NCBI GenBank assembly: GCA_918797485.1
Contig: CAKKNE010000003.1
Location: 3,348,001-3,412,000, forward strand
Reading direction: 5' to 3'
DNA from: Pelagomonas calceolata
Lineage: Eukaryota
DNA length: 64,000 bases
Each line of letters starts with the position of its first letter. Position 1 is the stretch's first letter. Under the pieces are notes generated by a model. The model saw only the letters and a list, made by a program, of their open reading frames with translations, ran no database searches and was not told the origin of the DNA. Positions 1 to 12,394 of this stretch are shown here, in pieces. Both the position numbers and the translations under genes were made by a program.

Positions 1-252
1 GGGGGGTGTCCGGGCGCCTTGTGCATTCAGCCACGGGGCCGCAACAAGCGTGAAGACAACCCAAACTTCCTGACCGCCCACCACTAGTGCGGCGGTGGAG
101 CCCAAGCTGTGGGGTATGATTCGCACCAACCCGTGTCGGCCGGACATACAATGGCGCTGAGCGCAGGACTACTCCCATTGCAGCATGAAGCGTGTGCAAA
201 ATACCGGCCATTCGATCAGACGCCGCTCAGATCCAGAAAATTTCCTGCAGCT

Positions 253-3200
253 TCACAAATTAGCAGACAGGATACGAACAAGGTCGTTTGCATCCGCCCG
301 TGCAGACGGACAAGGCTGCAGCGCAAGGCTGATGGCAGAATACATGGGCCCGATGAATCTCCTGGGTATTTTCTCAAGTATGGAGGGGAGGGGTTCGGAA
401 TGCACAGATGGCAGAGCACCGGTAAGCCACTGATAAAGGCAACAGCCAAAGGCCCAGACATCCGCTTTTGGGGAGACTGCGCGATATGATTGTAAAATCT
501 CCGGTGCAATGAGATCTCTGGAAATCGTTCCGTAGTCTGATCGACCATGTGAATAGCCGCAGTGTCTTTCACGTGCGTCCAACATGAAGAGGAAGTCATC
601 TAGAACCACGCGACCTCCATCGTCAAGGCATATCGCACCAGGATGAATGTTCTGGTGAATGAGACAATTTTGATGCAAGTTAGCTAATGCACAGACAGCT
701 TGGCGGCCCCATGCTTGGAGCATTTTGGGATTAGACCATTGATTAATTGCATCGGTTACTGAAATCCTAGCACGAGAGGTCACAATAGCGACGAGTATGC
801 AAATCTGACTACAGGTGCCGTGCAAATTGAAAGAACTAACCTCATGTGAGCAAAGGAACTGGATCTTAACAACACCAGGACAATGAAGGTTGTGGAGAGC
901 CTCAGCAATTGACATTATATATTGAGCATCTGCAACATGCTGCAGCCGCAAAAAACGCAGAAGAAGGGAGCAATTTGTGGTTTTATCGTGCATGATGTGT
1001 CCTACGGGGCGGTCGCGGCCACTCTCAATGGTCTCGGTCCATTTGAGTCGTGCGAGGAATGGAATCACATTACGTCCATTGAGCTCGGCAATAAGTTCTT
1101 GGAAAGATCCCCGAGCTTTTTCTTGCTGCATCATAATAGTATGCTCGATGCTTTTCCGTATGATTCCTACTACAGCACGCATCTGGCATTCTTCCATGGT
1201 CATTTTTTGCCGTTCAGATTCAGCCAACAAAGCGTCAGGCTCGGCCGCACGAGAAGACCACTTTCCGATGTGGCTTAAGCTAGACACTGATCGATGAGAC
1301 ATCTGCAGAGAACTGTGGCCCAAGTAAGCCCATGGCCCATCAGCGCTATCTTCAGCCCATACCGGATTTGGCGTGTTCCACTTCATTGAGGTTCGACCAA
1401 CCTCCCTGTTTTGGGCATAGATAATACAGTACATGTCTAAAGGTGTGACTTTTGATATTACGCCTTCGAGCAAAGCCAGTTTGTTGGTTTTTAATTGTAC
1501 AATCGGCTGATGTGCGATGTCATCAAAGTACGACGGAGCCAAATTCTTTGCTCTCAGGATGCATAAATGCGAAGTAGTATTTCCAGCATGATCCGACTTT
1601 AATCTTATGACAAGTGCTGGGCGTCGGCCAAGCCCTGGACTCAATTTAAGTGCCAGTGGTGTTGTTGGAGGGTACGATAGGAAAGCATCTGGAATGTTCA
1701 CATGAGCAAGAAGGCGGTCCTCGCCACAGTGAGCCTGAGCTAGGAGAGCAATGCGAACTGGCGAACTTTTGTGTTTGATCTGCAGAGCGCAGCCCAAATC
1801 GCTTTTCCAGTGGTCAAGGTACGACCTATCTGATGTTACTACCGAAGATACTGCTGCATTGAGGATGGTCGAAACAACGCAACTTCGCTTCTGTAGGGCC
1901 ATACCTCCATCTAGTACCCAGTTGTGCTTGACTTCACTTCGCGGAGTCTCCTCAAGCAAATTGACTGCTTTCGCACCGGCCTGTTGACGAGTTCGAGCGT
2001 CCTGCCACCATCCCTTCCAAAGTTCCTCAGATTTCCATGGCATTGCTGGCCTTTTAATAACGCTACTGCGAATCTGCCGACACACACTGCAGTAGCCAGA
2101 TACCGCAGCTTGTCGAATTACTATATGCTCGTGACCCTCCGCCCGACTAGCCTCAGTGTTCATTGCATGGTACCTCTTACTTGTGCTCTCAAAAGCTACA
2201 CGCGTGTTGTTGCGACTGCTAAGGGACTTTGTGGCAAGTACTTTGTTGATTTGTCTGAGCTCAGGCTCTAACTCACCCACAATGAGACCGAGGGCGACAA
2301 ATTCCTCCTCAGAAATGTGTCCTGGCTGCTCCGCGGGCATAAGGAGATAAGAAAGGGCAAACTCGTATTGCTGGAGAATAGGAGCGAGAGCTGCGGCTTG
2401 AGGAGGTTTAGTAGCCCAGCAAATTACCTTTATGTCGGAAAAAGAGCAAAAAAGATCCTGCTTTTGAATAGTCAGTTTTCCTCCATGCATACTTGTTGTA
2501 ACACTCGCCTGGCGGTACAGCCAGCGCAACGCAGTCTCGACTTCGCGATATGAGTTTCTTTGTTGTATCTGAGTGGATTCTTGCACTGGTCGCTTAGTCG
2601 AAGTTAAAGTCTCCGCTTCAAATGGCTTCTCGCGGAGAGCGTGATATGCTGTCAAGAGTGAGCTTGACCCAGGACTTAGGGATTCAATTTTTTCAATAAG
2701 CCACGAGCGCAGGACCCTCTGCTTTGCTCTCCACTTCACTGCACGGAGTCGGTGAGAATCCGATTTTGCTGGATGGCGCCAATTGCATGATATCCGAGGG
2801 GCCCGTGCCAATACCAGATCGGTAGAGGCGACGAACTTTACTCTAGGCCTCGAGCGATACCACCATGGAACTGGCTTTTGATCAATCAACTTGGCTTGCC
2901 AAGGATGCTCAGATATGCTCTTGTCCCTGAAGCTGAGAATCCCACGAATGATGTTTTTTTGTCCTTTGAGCTGCGGAACCTGCAACACTGAACTTAAATA
3001 CGGTATACTCCTTCAAGACACTGGTAGTGCTGTCATGCGTCCAGCGCCATCGCACATTGACGCCTCAGGTCTCCCGATCATCCGGTCATATATGCCCATG
3101 CCCTTGTATGCTCTCAGCTCGTGCATTACTGAGGTCTTTGATTTGGCAGGTGGAATACAACCAAGACTAGCGCCAGCCGTGGCAGAATGTTGGACGTGGC

Positions 3201-5700
3201 TTGAAGAGCGTCTCCGCAGATCATGAGTTGATGAGGGCCGTCCACTTCTATATCCAAAGTAAAGAGGCGACATAAAGAACGTCCAGTAGCTCGGCCATGC
3301 TTGTTGTCGTAGCTGCAAGGCCGCACATGCTGTGCCGTCAATGCAGCAGCAACTCACAGCCCCAAGACGCCGTAGCGGCGAACCTCCATCTCTTGCCGCT
3401 GCCGCAACAGCCGACGCAGTAGCATAGACACCAGGTAGACTGGTACCAACAAAAGTGAGCTTAGCAATGATTAGATTCTTGTGATCAGATGTCCAGCCAA
3501 GTGAACCTCGACTTTTGTGATTCTGGAGCGACATCGTGCAACCGTCCCGTGTGGTTACGGCAAAATGCATGTTTTTATTTGGTTTGGAGATAAAGCTGTT
3601 GGCAAGCGCTTGTCTTTTAGGAATGTTTGTAAGTGCTGGGTCTTGACGGACAATAACAATCTCATCAATAGCAATTCGCGATTTTGGGATGGCGGAGGTC
3701 TTGACAATATCATGGATTAAAAGACTTTCGAACCGGCTAGTGCCATTCGCATTACTATGTCCAAGCAACACGTGTTTGTTATCGTAGTGTGTGCCTGCAG
3801 ATTTTCTTTTGTCATTCAAATGCTGTGTGTTGCGCACGACTCCCGACTGCATCTCTTTTTGTGTAGTGCACAATGACTCTTGACTGCTACTGAGCCCAAG
3901 ATGTAGTGCAACTGCACATGTAAGATTCAAAGTCGATGTAAATAGCCCACTCACCTTTGTTTCTCCTGAACCTGGCTCCAATGGAAGGAGGTCGCCCCCC
4001 GAGTGTGCTAATTCGAAGCCCAAACATGGCTTTTTTTTATTAACTTTTGTGTGATCTTCAATATATGGCAGCACACTGCCGTTATCTGAACGGAATGCGT
4101 TGATATATTTTAGGTCGACACAGTTCCCACCGCGCATTATTGAACTAGAGATATGCTTCATGTAACAGCACCCCACGGTTGGATGTCGGCAGGACCTTGC
4201 AAAGTTTCTTGTGTCCCGACCTTGGCGTCCCCTTTCTACGTTAAGACAATCCTCAACATGGGTAATAATTTGAACTATAGTCCTAGCAACCGCTTCAACA
4301 TGCGAGGGAGTGGCGAGGCGACGCGTGTTCTGATCTTGTAGGCACTGCTGTATTTTTTTTTGTCCATGCTTGCGATGGCGGGTATCCGAGTCATCTTCGT
4401 ACCAGCCCCATCTCGTAAATGTTGTTCCTTGTCGTTTTCCTTTTGAAAATGCAGAGTTGTCGCGAAGCCGCCGAGCTGTGTGAAACTTTGGCCGTAAGCG
4501 AGCAAGAAAGTCAAGTTTATATTCCCAAATGCATCTTGGTCGTTTAAATGATGCAAAATTAGTATTGACATTATGCCAACACCTAATACCTGTCCTAGGG
4601 TCCTCGCCGGCCGACCAGGGGAAGGTTGCATCGTTTTCTAAAGGAGGTGGGCAATTTGCGTCAATCAAGCTCAGTTCGCCCTCTGCGAGACACAGTGCTT
4701 TGATGGATGCTGTATACTTTCGTGGTGATAGATTTACTTTTGACTCGCGAACGAGATCCATCGAGACTGAGGAGACCCGAAAGTCTATTTTAGGCACGGA
4801 CATTTGGTTTGCGGAATCAATAATATGCCTGACTGCAAGCTCGGCTGCAGCCCGATCAAATGCACGCGTCAACGTGGGTGATTCGACATGCCCTTGTTCC
4901 TTGCAAAACTCATGGGATAGGGTGCCTCTATAAGGCTCAGCACGGGCAAGGAATTCAATATACTTTCTTAGAACACTGGGCCCAACTTCGACTCTTTGAC
5001 ATTCATTCACATATTGCTCCATTGAATTGACCTAGTCAACGTGTCATCCTCGGCACTAACATGTTTTTTTAAGGAATCACACTGACGCAATACGATTATG
5101 GCATCTGTGATCGGCCAAGAAGCCTCCATTTCTTCCAGGTAAGAAAGTTCAGCGCCTCTTACCTTGTCATTATTTGGCTGTGATTTTGCTTCATGCAGGG
5201 TGATTTGGCTTGATAGACCAGCGTCCTTAAGTGCCCGCGCACTCACAGACATTGAGCACATCCCTTGTGGCTCAGCTCTACTGCCGCACCATAGATCCAG
5301 TGTGAAGCATATGGTATTTTCAAAAGCAGCATGTAAGGCCACCATCTTTATAATTGCTATACCTACAACCTAAGAGCAGTGTTGCCTAAACGAGCATAGC
5401 GCACAAAATCAGAGTTACCTTAGGAAAGGACGCCTGTTGCTGATCATGTTGGACCAAAATTGTCATCAGAGCCTCCGGTTGAGACCAATGTTCTTTGCTG
5501 ATGCGCAACTTAAGAATTTCATCCTCCCAAGTGGCTCCTGTATCGACTCTTCTTTGAATGGAACTCCTGACATATACTTTTCCAATTTGAATGATTACAA
5601 ACAGCGACTGCTTATTTTCTTCCTTCCAATTCCCTGCCAACTCTGCCATGTGTATGTTCGAGATTAAAACTTCGATCTCGGCAGGTGTGGCATGCATCAT
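253..5700 (-). CDS. Large multi-exon protein: N-terminal C2 domain, long middle region, C-terminal protein-kinase-like (probably pseudokinase) domain
   Basis: ORFs 5386-5712, 5007-5345, 3013-5022 and 253-2988 join in frame through plausible GT-AG introns (5370-5418 FPK|VVG; acceptor TTGACTAG|G near 5032; a 42-nt intron near 2980-3021). C2-like strands at the N-terminus; C-terminal HQNIHPGAI, APE and KADVWAFGC kinase subdomains. Confidence 0.7.
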
Positions 5701-7400
5701 GGCAAAAAGCACTATGTAATATTACATGCTGGTGCCAAGGGCGCGCTCTGCTAGGTAATATATATACCGTATGGGATATAAATTAGGGTAATGGGCCAAC
5801 TATTATTGGATACAGATGTACATACCGCGACAGTCGTAGAAACTTGTACCGTAGGTACCGTACGGTACGTCCGGTAGTTCCGTAGGTATTTATACTAGCA
5901 CGCCCTTAGTACCTACGGTACGTCACCAGTGCCGTATTCTGGCATTTCTTTCCTAGTCACGGTTACCGTGACACAGGAGTTGGCTATGTTTCTAGGGTAT
6001 TCCGCGTGCCTAGTATAACTTGAACTCTTGAACACGGCGAGCCTGAGGTATAATTTGAATAGTACTAAGGCCCGTGGGTCACGGTTGTGTGATACCGAGA
6101 CGAGGCAGCTGGCATTCCGTCCTGTTAATCGCAGCTTGGCAGCTTGATTCGAACTGGCGAGCACAGGCTTGAGCGCCACAGTCGGGACTCGGAGGCTCAG
6201 GTCAGAGGCAGCTCAGGTAGCCCCGAAGCATGCCAGAAAACGAAGCCCGGGATGCATACACAACGCACAAAACATGTACAGAAAGGAGGCACGGCGGCCC
6301 GCCTAGTATAAGCTCCGACTGGCAGGGTAAATCACCGTGACCGCACAACCGCGGATCGTGATGTCCCCCGGTTCAAGTTGTGCGGTTCAATCGCTCCGGG
6401 CCCCGGTTCAAGTTGTAGTTACGAGAAGTGAGAGACTGAGTTTTGACCCCCCTCGCGGAGGTTGCTTGATTATCCGAAAACCAGGGACGGGTCGGTCGAA
6501 TTGAACTGGTTCGCTGAGGGACCGATTTCTTTCTTTGCGTCGTAATTTTAATTATGTGTTTTCTTTTAGGCCTGTTCTGAGTCTCTATCATTTTCAAGAA
6601 ATTTGATTCTTCTAGTCTAGACCGCCACCTAGATGGAGGAATCACACTGCGGGTCCGGACCCTTCCACAAACAGTTTCCAACATATTAAGGGTTGCATCG
6701 CGAGGAATAGCATCGCGAGGCCCGGTAAAAAAAAAAAGACAGGATCGCCCCTGGCTTGTCACCTAAAATCGTGGTCACGGTTTAGGAGTGTAAATCTCTT
6801 TCGGGTGTGTTGTTATAGAATCTCTCAATACAGCCGGATGAATCTGTCTCTTCTAGTCCTGGATTGTGTAATGAGGAATTCTTAGCTAGGATAAGGCGTG
6901 CAAGGATGTGAGAGTGTTTCATTTGCAAGCATATGGTGTTCCTTGCCTGTGCTATCCGGTTAAAAATGGGCACGCCTTTCGGTTTTGCCTTGGAAGAAGG
7001 GCAGCCTACATAAGCAGAGATCTACAAGGTGTTCGCAACCGTGCCATGCCGCCTTGCGCAACGCTAGTTCCAAAACACCGGCACCACACACATATATAGC
7101 CAACCCTTTAATTCACATCCCATGGGCCACGAATCAACTGCAGCTGTCGTGACATCGACTCAACGAGTTCGCGGTTGCAGAGCCCAGAAGAGAGGGCAGA
7201 CTTGAGTTATGTGCAGATTCTTGGTCTGTGAAATTTCATGTACAGGAAATCGTCAGCAGCCAATCCCATGGCCATGTTTCATCCACCGGCATATCACCAA
7301 CGCATCATCCATGACTCACACCTTAAGAAAACAAATTTTGCACCGTAATAAGCGTGCCTATTGCCTCATCAGAGCCTACTTGGGGGCTTCCATCAACGCA

Positions 7401-9757
7401 CTAGACGTACTTTTTGAGCTGCGCGAGTTGTTTCTCAAAGAGGGAAAATGCAGTACGATATAGGCTCGTGTCAAGCGTGACAGCAGCATTGAGGCGCTCT
7501 ATTTTGCTTGCATCAACACCAGATGCAGATGTGTTCTGATTATGGGTGTGGACTGCCGCCATGTTCTTAGGTATGGACTTACCAGCCAAAGCAAATGCAA
7601 AGAGCATCATGGATTCTTCAAAGCGCTCAGTAATACCAATGACAGCAAACCATTCCTCCAAATGTTCCTCAACAAACCGTAGATCTGCGACATTAGCAGG
7701 GCCCTCTCTCACGCGGCGGTTTTCGATTGGGTTGATGCGTGTCTCACGGTCACGCTGGCGCCAGGGCACATAATAATTTGTACTCATTTGGTACCAGTCC
7801 TCAGGCACGAGTTGAAGAAAGTGCTCAAGCATAAAATTTCCTTTCTCTTCAGCCCACTGGGCAATGTTCAATGTGCGCATGTATACTGCTCCACGAGATC
7901 CGGCACAACATTGATCCTCAAAACTCACAGCATGGCAATACTTGTGCTCGGACAGGATTCGAGCAACAGGCTCGCGAAGGACCTGGGATGATGAGGGCTA
8001 CGTAGGAGTGAAACATATTGTCGCGCGGGTTACATGCCACATAATATGCACAGGGGGCTTGAGGGTGGCTAGCACAGGCGCCAAATGCAAATGCACCAAA
8101 GAGAACCCCATAAGGATGTTTCGCCTGTTTTTTTACGTCCCAATCTCGCCGTGTGTCTATGTGCAGAGATTGCATCTTGACTTTTGCTCCCGGATGCTGA
8201 CTGTTACGTTGCTTTAGAAGAAAACCTTTCACAAAGAGTTTTTTCACTGAGTTCCCAGCAGCTTTTGGAATATGAAGAAATATGGTAGGCGCATTCCGGT
8301 AGATGGCATCATCAGGTTCCAAGTCTTTCGCTCTCGTCGCTCTTGTTTTTGGTAAGTTAATTCCAGAAAGGTCTTTTATTATGTTGTTCTCTGGTTGTGT
8401 GCTATCATTCTTCACTAACTGCCCACCTCGGTTGCTGAAAAAGTTCGGCAAGCCAATAGGGCCTTGGGTACTCTGGCCAGAAAGTTCTCGAGAATGCAAA
8501 ACCACGCAGTCACGTATGGCACTATACGTCGATGCTTGATCCGCAACGTCCTTGACTATGTTAGGACATGCTGACAACAGTGCTAGCCTGGTTTGCTGCT
8601 CGTCCACATCCACAAAACAGCTCGATGAGACTGGCAGCTTACTGTAACTAACGCCAGAATGAAACAGGGAGGCTCTAAATGCATGTTGGCCTAGCAGCAA
8701 ATCATGCCGTGAAAGAAAGTACAATGCTAAATTCCAGTTAGCCAAGAGTCGATGTGTTGCTGATCCATTTCGCATGACCTACAGCATTATGTGCTGTTAA
8801 TATATTATATATTTGACCAAAATCACACTGCTGGTTGAAAAACCATAGTTTCGACTCTCACCTCCGGAAAGTCTGTTGGTATATCAAATACCCTAGCAAC
8901 TATGTCACCACCGTAAAAGTGACCCTTAGACACTGGAACAAAGGCCACTTGCGGCCCCTGGGAGTCAACTGTCCTAAAAAGACTATGCAAAGACTCACAG
9001 ACAATTGTTTCTACATCAAGAAACAAGATTTTATGGTAGATGTGGAGGCCAATCATCATTGCCCGTATCTTGAGGGTGTGCATGTGCCGTTTAACCACCA
9101 TTGGCCTGCTTTCATGTTCATTTTTCCAGTCTAGCATGCAGGTACCATCCTCTGGCCCACATTCTCCCTCGTAAAATTTGCGTGACCATTGCGTCTTGCG
9201 GGTAGTTACTTCATCTCTATTTGACTCCTCCCAACGCAAATAAGTGGGTTGACCGGTTTCCACAACACTGTCAAAGACTAGCGATGACCACTGTACTGTC
9301 TGTGACTTGCCTCTTGAGTCAGTCACTAGTAGCAGCCCGAATTCTGCTTGCGAGTTTCTAAGACGGACAGACCGACCTGACTTGCATGCTTTTTGTATAG
9401 CTTCCAGACCGACAGCCGAATAGATGACACCTCGCTCTTGCGTAGACAATGAGCGAGTGGATAGCTCATTTGCCAGAACTACCTATATCTCTTGTAGTGG
9501 GCAAAATTGCGTTTGGTATAAGGAATAGTGACCGATTGTATCCATTCCCTTGACAAGGCGCTCTTGTAATGTTTAAATTTGAGATTTGATTCGGTCTTTC
9601 CCGAGTGACGTCGGTGATTGGGCCCGAGTGTCGCTTGAGTATCCGCGGCCTCTACGGTGGCAAGCCATAGGACTGGCAACATACTTACAGACCTTGCGAA
9701 AGCCAAAGATTTCAGCCAGCACCCACACGCATTATTATAGCCAGATGTTATCGCCAT
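7401..9757 (-). CDS. Putative secretory-pathway glycosyltransferase-like plus sulfotransferase (Sulfotransfer_2-like) fusion protein, multi-exon
   Basis: Four consecutive minus-strand ORFs joinable by short introns. Hydrophobic N-terminal stretch; KILFLDVETIVC (DxD-like GT-A motif); FLHIPKAAGNS (5'-PSB motif); VLREPVARILS after splicing (3'-PB-like); GITERFEES. Confidence 0.65.
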
Positions 9758-10595
9758 TTGAGATTCCGATCAAATTACGGGTGGGCCATCTTTTAAGGAG
9801 TGTGTTTTGCAACTCATATGATCTATGATGAGTCAGGCTTAAAAAAAAAATAGAACACCCTGCGGCACCGCGGATACCTGCGGTACAATCTGGTACCTTA
9901 CCGTGGTACTGCTAGTAGGGTTGGAGTTGTTCGTGGTTCAAGTACAAGCTAGTAGGCCCCGGCCCGGCGTGGAAGGGTTACGAAAGAAGCGGGGAATCGG
10001 GAAGTAGCCGAATCATCCGAGTCCCAGGTCCCCTGTGAAATGAAGTAACCATGCCAGTGGCGCATTTTGGGGAACTCAGAGGCTCAGGCTGTAATAAGCC
10101 CGCGTCGCCCGAGAAAAGAAATACTTTTTTGTCCTCGGAGGTCAAGGGCAGCTGTTTGTTGCGACTCAGGCCAAATGACTCGTGGGGAATGAGGAAATGG
10201 GGAGTGCCGATCGATGGCCTGAATTGACGAAAAGTCACGCCTAGAGGTCTTCAGAAACATAAACAGCGGAAGGAGTAGCTTCGAGATCCTCATCCACTTA
10301 TATGCGCTGGCCAGGGGCGGCCTCACCTCACCTTAGTACCTTTGTTTTCTTCGTGGGAAATTTCTGGGTTGAAGCTAAAAACGGGGAAATGCCCCTTACT
10401 CTTCACTTGGCTCCAGAGTTCACGCGGTTCCACCTGCTCTTTTTCATAGACTTCGAGTGAGTCAAGGGCTATAGCAAGCGGCGCCAAATTCTGGATTGAT
10501 ATGTCAGCTTTTCATGAAGGAGGTACTCTCTTTGACAATTTTTTTTGGGTTTCGCCGATAGCCGCGATCTTCTTCGCCCTGCATAATGTCCTAAT

Positions 10596-11933
10596 CTAAG
10601 GTATATATTTACCCTCGAAACGCACCTCACCATCCGCAAAATCTTTATCCCATCTGGTCCAGTCCTGGATCCCCGACATTTTTTGGGCAAGGCGGTGACA
10701 TTTAATGTAATCAAGCGTAGCTCCAGGGACATTTGTAGCTATTGCATCGAAGTCACCAGACATAAGGGCATGGCGTATCTTGCTAGAACAACACGACTCA
10801 AGCTCAACAGAGAGCAAGGCGTTATCCTCGACCACATGCGCGACGTTTCGCCATCTGTTCCCCATTTGCCTCAGCAGGCGCTTATGCTCTTGAGGACGGC
10901 AAATAGTGATGCATTCATGCCCCGCGTCCTTAAGCTCGCCAAGATTTAGCTGCAATAATTGATCAGGCGCCACTAATAGGACAAAGCGAACTGGTGCCAT
11001 AAGATCCGGAAAGCGTTGCTCAAAGAGTTGACGAATGTGATCAAGTGTACTTAAATAGTCTAAGACTCTGCGCCGGGTAATCTCCCAGCTATCAACTGTG
11101 AGCCAGGGAGACCCACCAACAGCAGCCCGCACCATCGCAAGGCGATGCCGCGGAGTGATTATCTCTTGCGGTCGTGTTCGACATCTTTGCCTTACATCTG
11201 TGGCATGTTTTGGCACCAACAGGCCGCCAAGCACAGAAAATCTTGTGCGCTCTTCCAAGAATTGCCGCGCAATGACAAAATGACGCAGATGCATTTTGTG
11301 AATTGGATTGTATTTTCCTCGGCCCACCAAGACAACCTTTGGTCGACTACTTTTAGTAACGTGAAGTTCAGCTACACGTTGCGCCAGATGATGGCAGACA
11401 TTTTCAATCACGGGCACACCAGTGTTGGGTGTTTTACGCGAATAATTATTCTTGTTGCTTTTTTTTATTGCGGTAATAGTCACTGGTGGTTTGATGTTTG
11501 CAGGAGGATTTTCACCCTGATCTGCAGCTAGAACATGAGCTACTTCGTTGGAATTAAGGGACCACCTGTGTGCTGATAGGCCGTTACTCTTCTTATTCTT
11601 CTTACTTTGGTGCGAGTATTGCTCTTTGAAGAGTCTGATCACACTTTTTCGGAAGTCAGTAACGGCCTGCCTCGAGGACGACCCGCCAGATTGCTCCAGT
11701 TTCAACACAACGTCTCGTGCAGTCGGGTTTTTTTCTGCAAGCAGCCGATGAATATGTCGTGCATCAACCTCGTGCAGTACCTCATCTGTCACAAGTCGCT
11801 GCATCGCCTCTGCAACGGAAAATCCCAAGCTCTGTATGAATGCATTTTCGACTTGACCCATGGGGGAGTTGAAAGAAGCTACCGGGTGCGGTTTATTGAA
11901 CATGGTCCCAGCATTATCACTATACATAATCAT
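10596..11933 (-). CDS. NMNAT-like nucleotidyltransferase (HxGH superfamily) domain protein with N-terminal extension
   Basis: 445-aa ORF with VVLVGRGKYNPIHKMH, HRLAMVRAAV..SPWLTVDSWE and SSKIR, matching the NMNAT-family layout. Confidence 0.7.
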   Translation of the reverse strand: MIMYSDNAGTMFNKPHPVASFNSPMGQVENAFIQSLGFSVAEAMQRLVTDEVLHEVDARHIHRLLAEKNPTARDVVLKLEQSGGSSSRQAVTDFRKSVIRLFKEQYSHQSKKNKKSNGLSAHRWSLNSNEVAHVLAADQGENPPANIKPPVTITAIKKSNKNNYSRKTPNTGVPVIENVCHHLAQRVAELHVTKSSRPKVVLVGRGKYNPIHKMHLRHFVIARQFLEERTRFSVLGGLLVPKHATDVRQRCRTRPQEIITPRHRLAMVRAAVGGSPWLTVDSWEITRRRVLDYLSTLDHIRQLFEQRFPDLMAPVRFVLLVAPDQLLQLNLGELKDAGHECITICRPQEHKRLLRQMGNRWRNVAHVVEDNALLSVELESCCSSKIRHALMSGDFDAIATNVPGATLDYIKCHRLAQKMSGIQDWTRWDKDFADGEVRFEGKYIP

Positions 11934-12196
11934 TAACTACAGATGTGTGGCCTACTAGCTGCACATTGGCGACAAAGGTTGAGTCTTCTGCTTTGGAGCT
12001 GGGATTCACGCGGCGACAGTACAAAGTGTTAAGTTAGCGGATCCTGCTTGGGTTACTTGGGTTATGTAGTAATGTATCAATGTATCTACGTCAGGGTCGC
12101 CGCGACCGGCCGGGGGCGCGGTAACGACCTACCTTTCTCAGCCGAGAGTCGTCCTACGTGTCTCAAAGGTGGCGGAGAAGGACTAACGGCCGCACA

Positions 12197-12304
12197 CTCA
12201 GGCTCCGAGTCCGAGTCACTGGCACTGGCAGGCCTCAGGCTGTTGAGATGACTCGGAACCGTGACTTGAACGGGTACCTCAGTCTCCGAGTCCGAGTCAG
12301 GCTG
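12197..12304. repeat. Cluster of rule-generated octamers (XY-C-rc(XY)-G-XY), tandem and nested
   Basis: CTCAGGCT 12197, TCCGAGTC 12204 and 12210, CACTGGCA 12217 and 12223, CTCAGGCT 12234, GACTCGGA 12250, ACCGTGAC 12258 nested inside AACTTGAA. Confidence 0.85.
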
Positions 12305-12394
12305 AATATGAATATTAGTGGTTTAAAAGGGCAGATAGTGTACCTTTTCCTTAGCTACTATCTGCCTCCGAAGGCGCCACTTCGCGGTACAAAG

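Noticed and set aside
1651..1658. TGCCAGTG and other isolated rule words inside intact CDS
   Set aside because: About one per 4 kb is expected by chance, so they cannot be called insertions without orthologue alignment.
2989..5385. Frame breaks between long ORFs as pseudogenisation or an alternative genetic code
   Set aside because: Each break is explained by a short GT-AG intron of the same style as those in the conserved genes.
12197..12304. Octamer clusters as transcription-factor binding sites or telomeric repeats
   Set aside because: The words span nearly all dinucleotide classes under one rule, disrupt each other by nesting and insert into TE copies. A secondary regulatory role is not excluded.
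12158..12394. ORF text such as RLRVRVTGTG (also TVTVTVQVQV near 24510, HHDHDQ..FQVHWQVQ at 16387-16650 and 48505-48866)
   Set aside because: These dipeptide repeats are translations of the hexamer words in intergenic DNA, not proteins.
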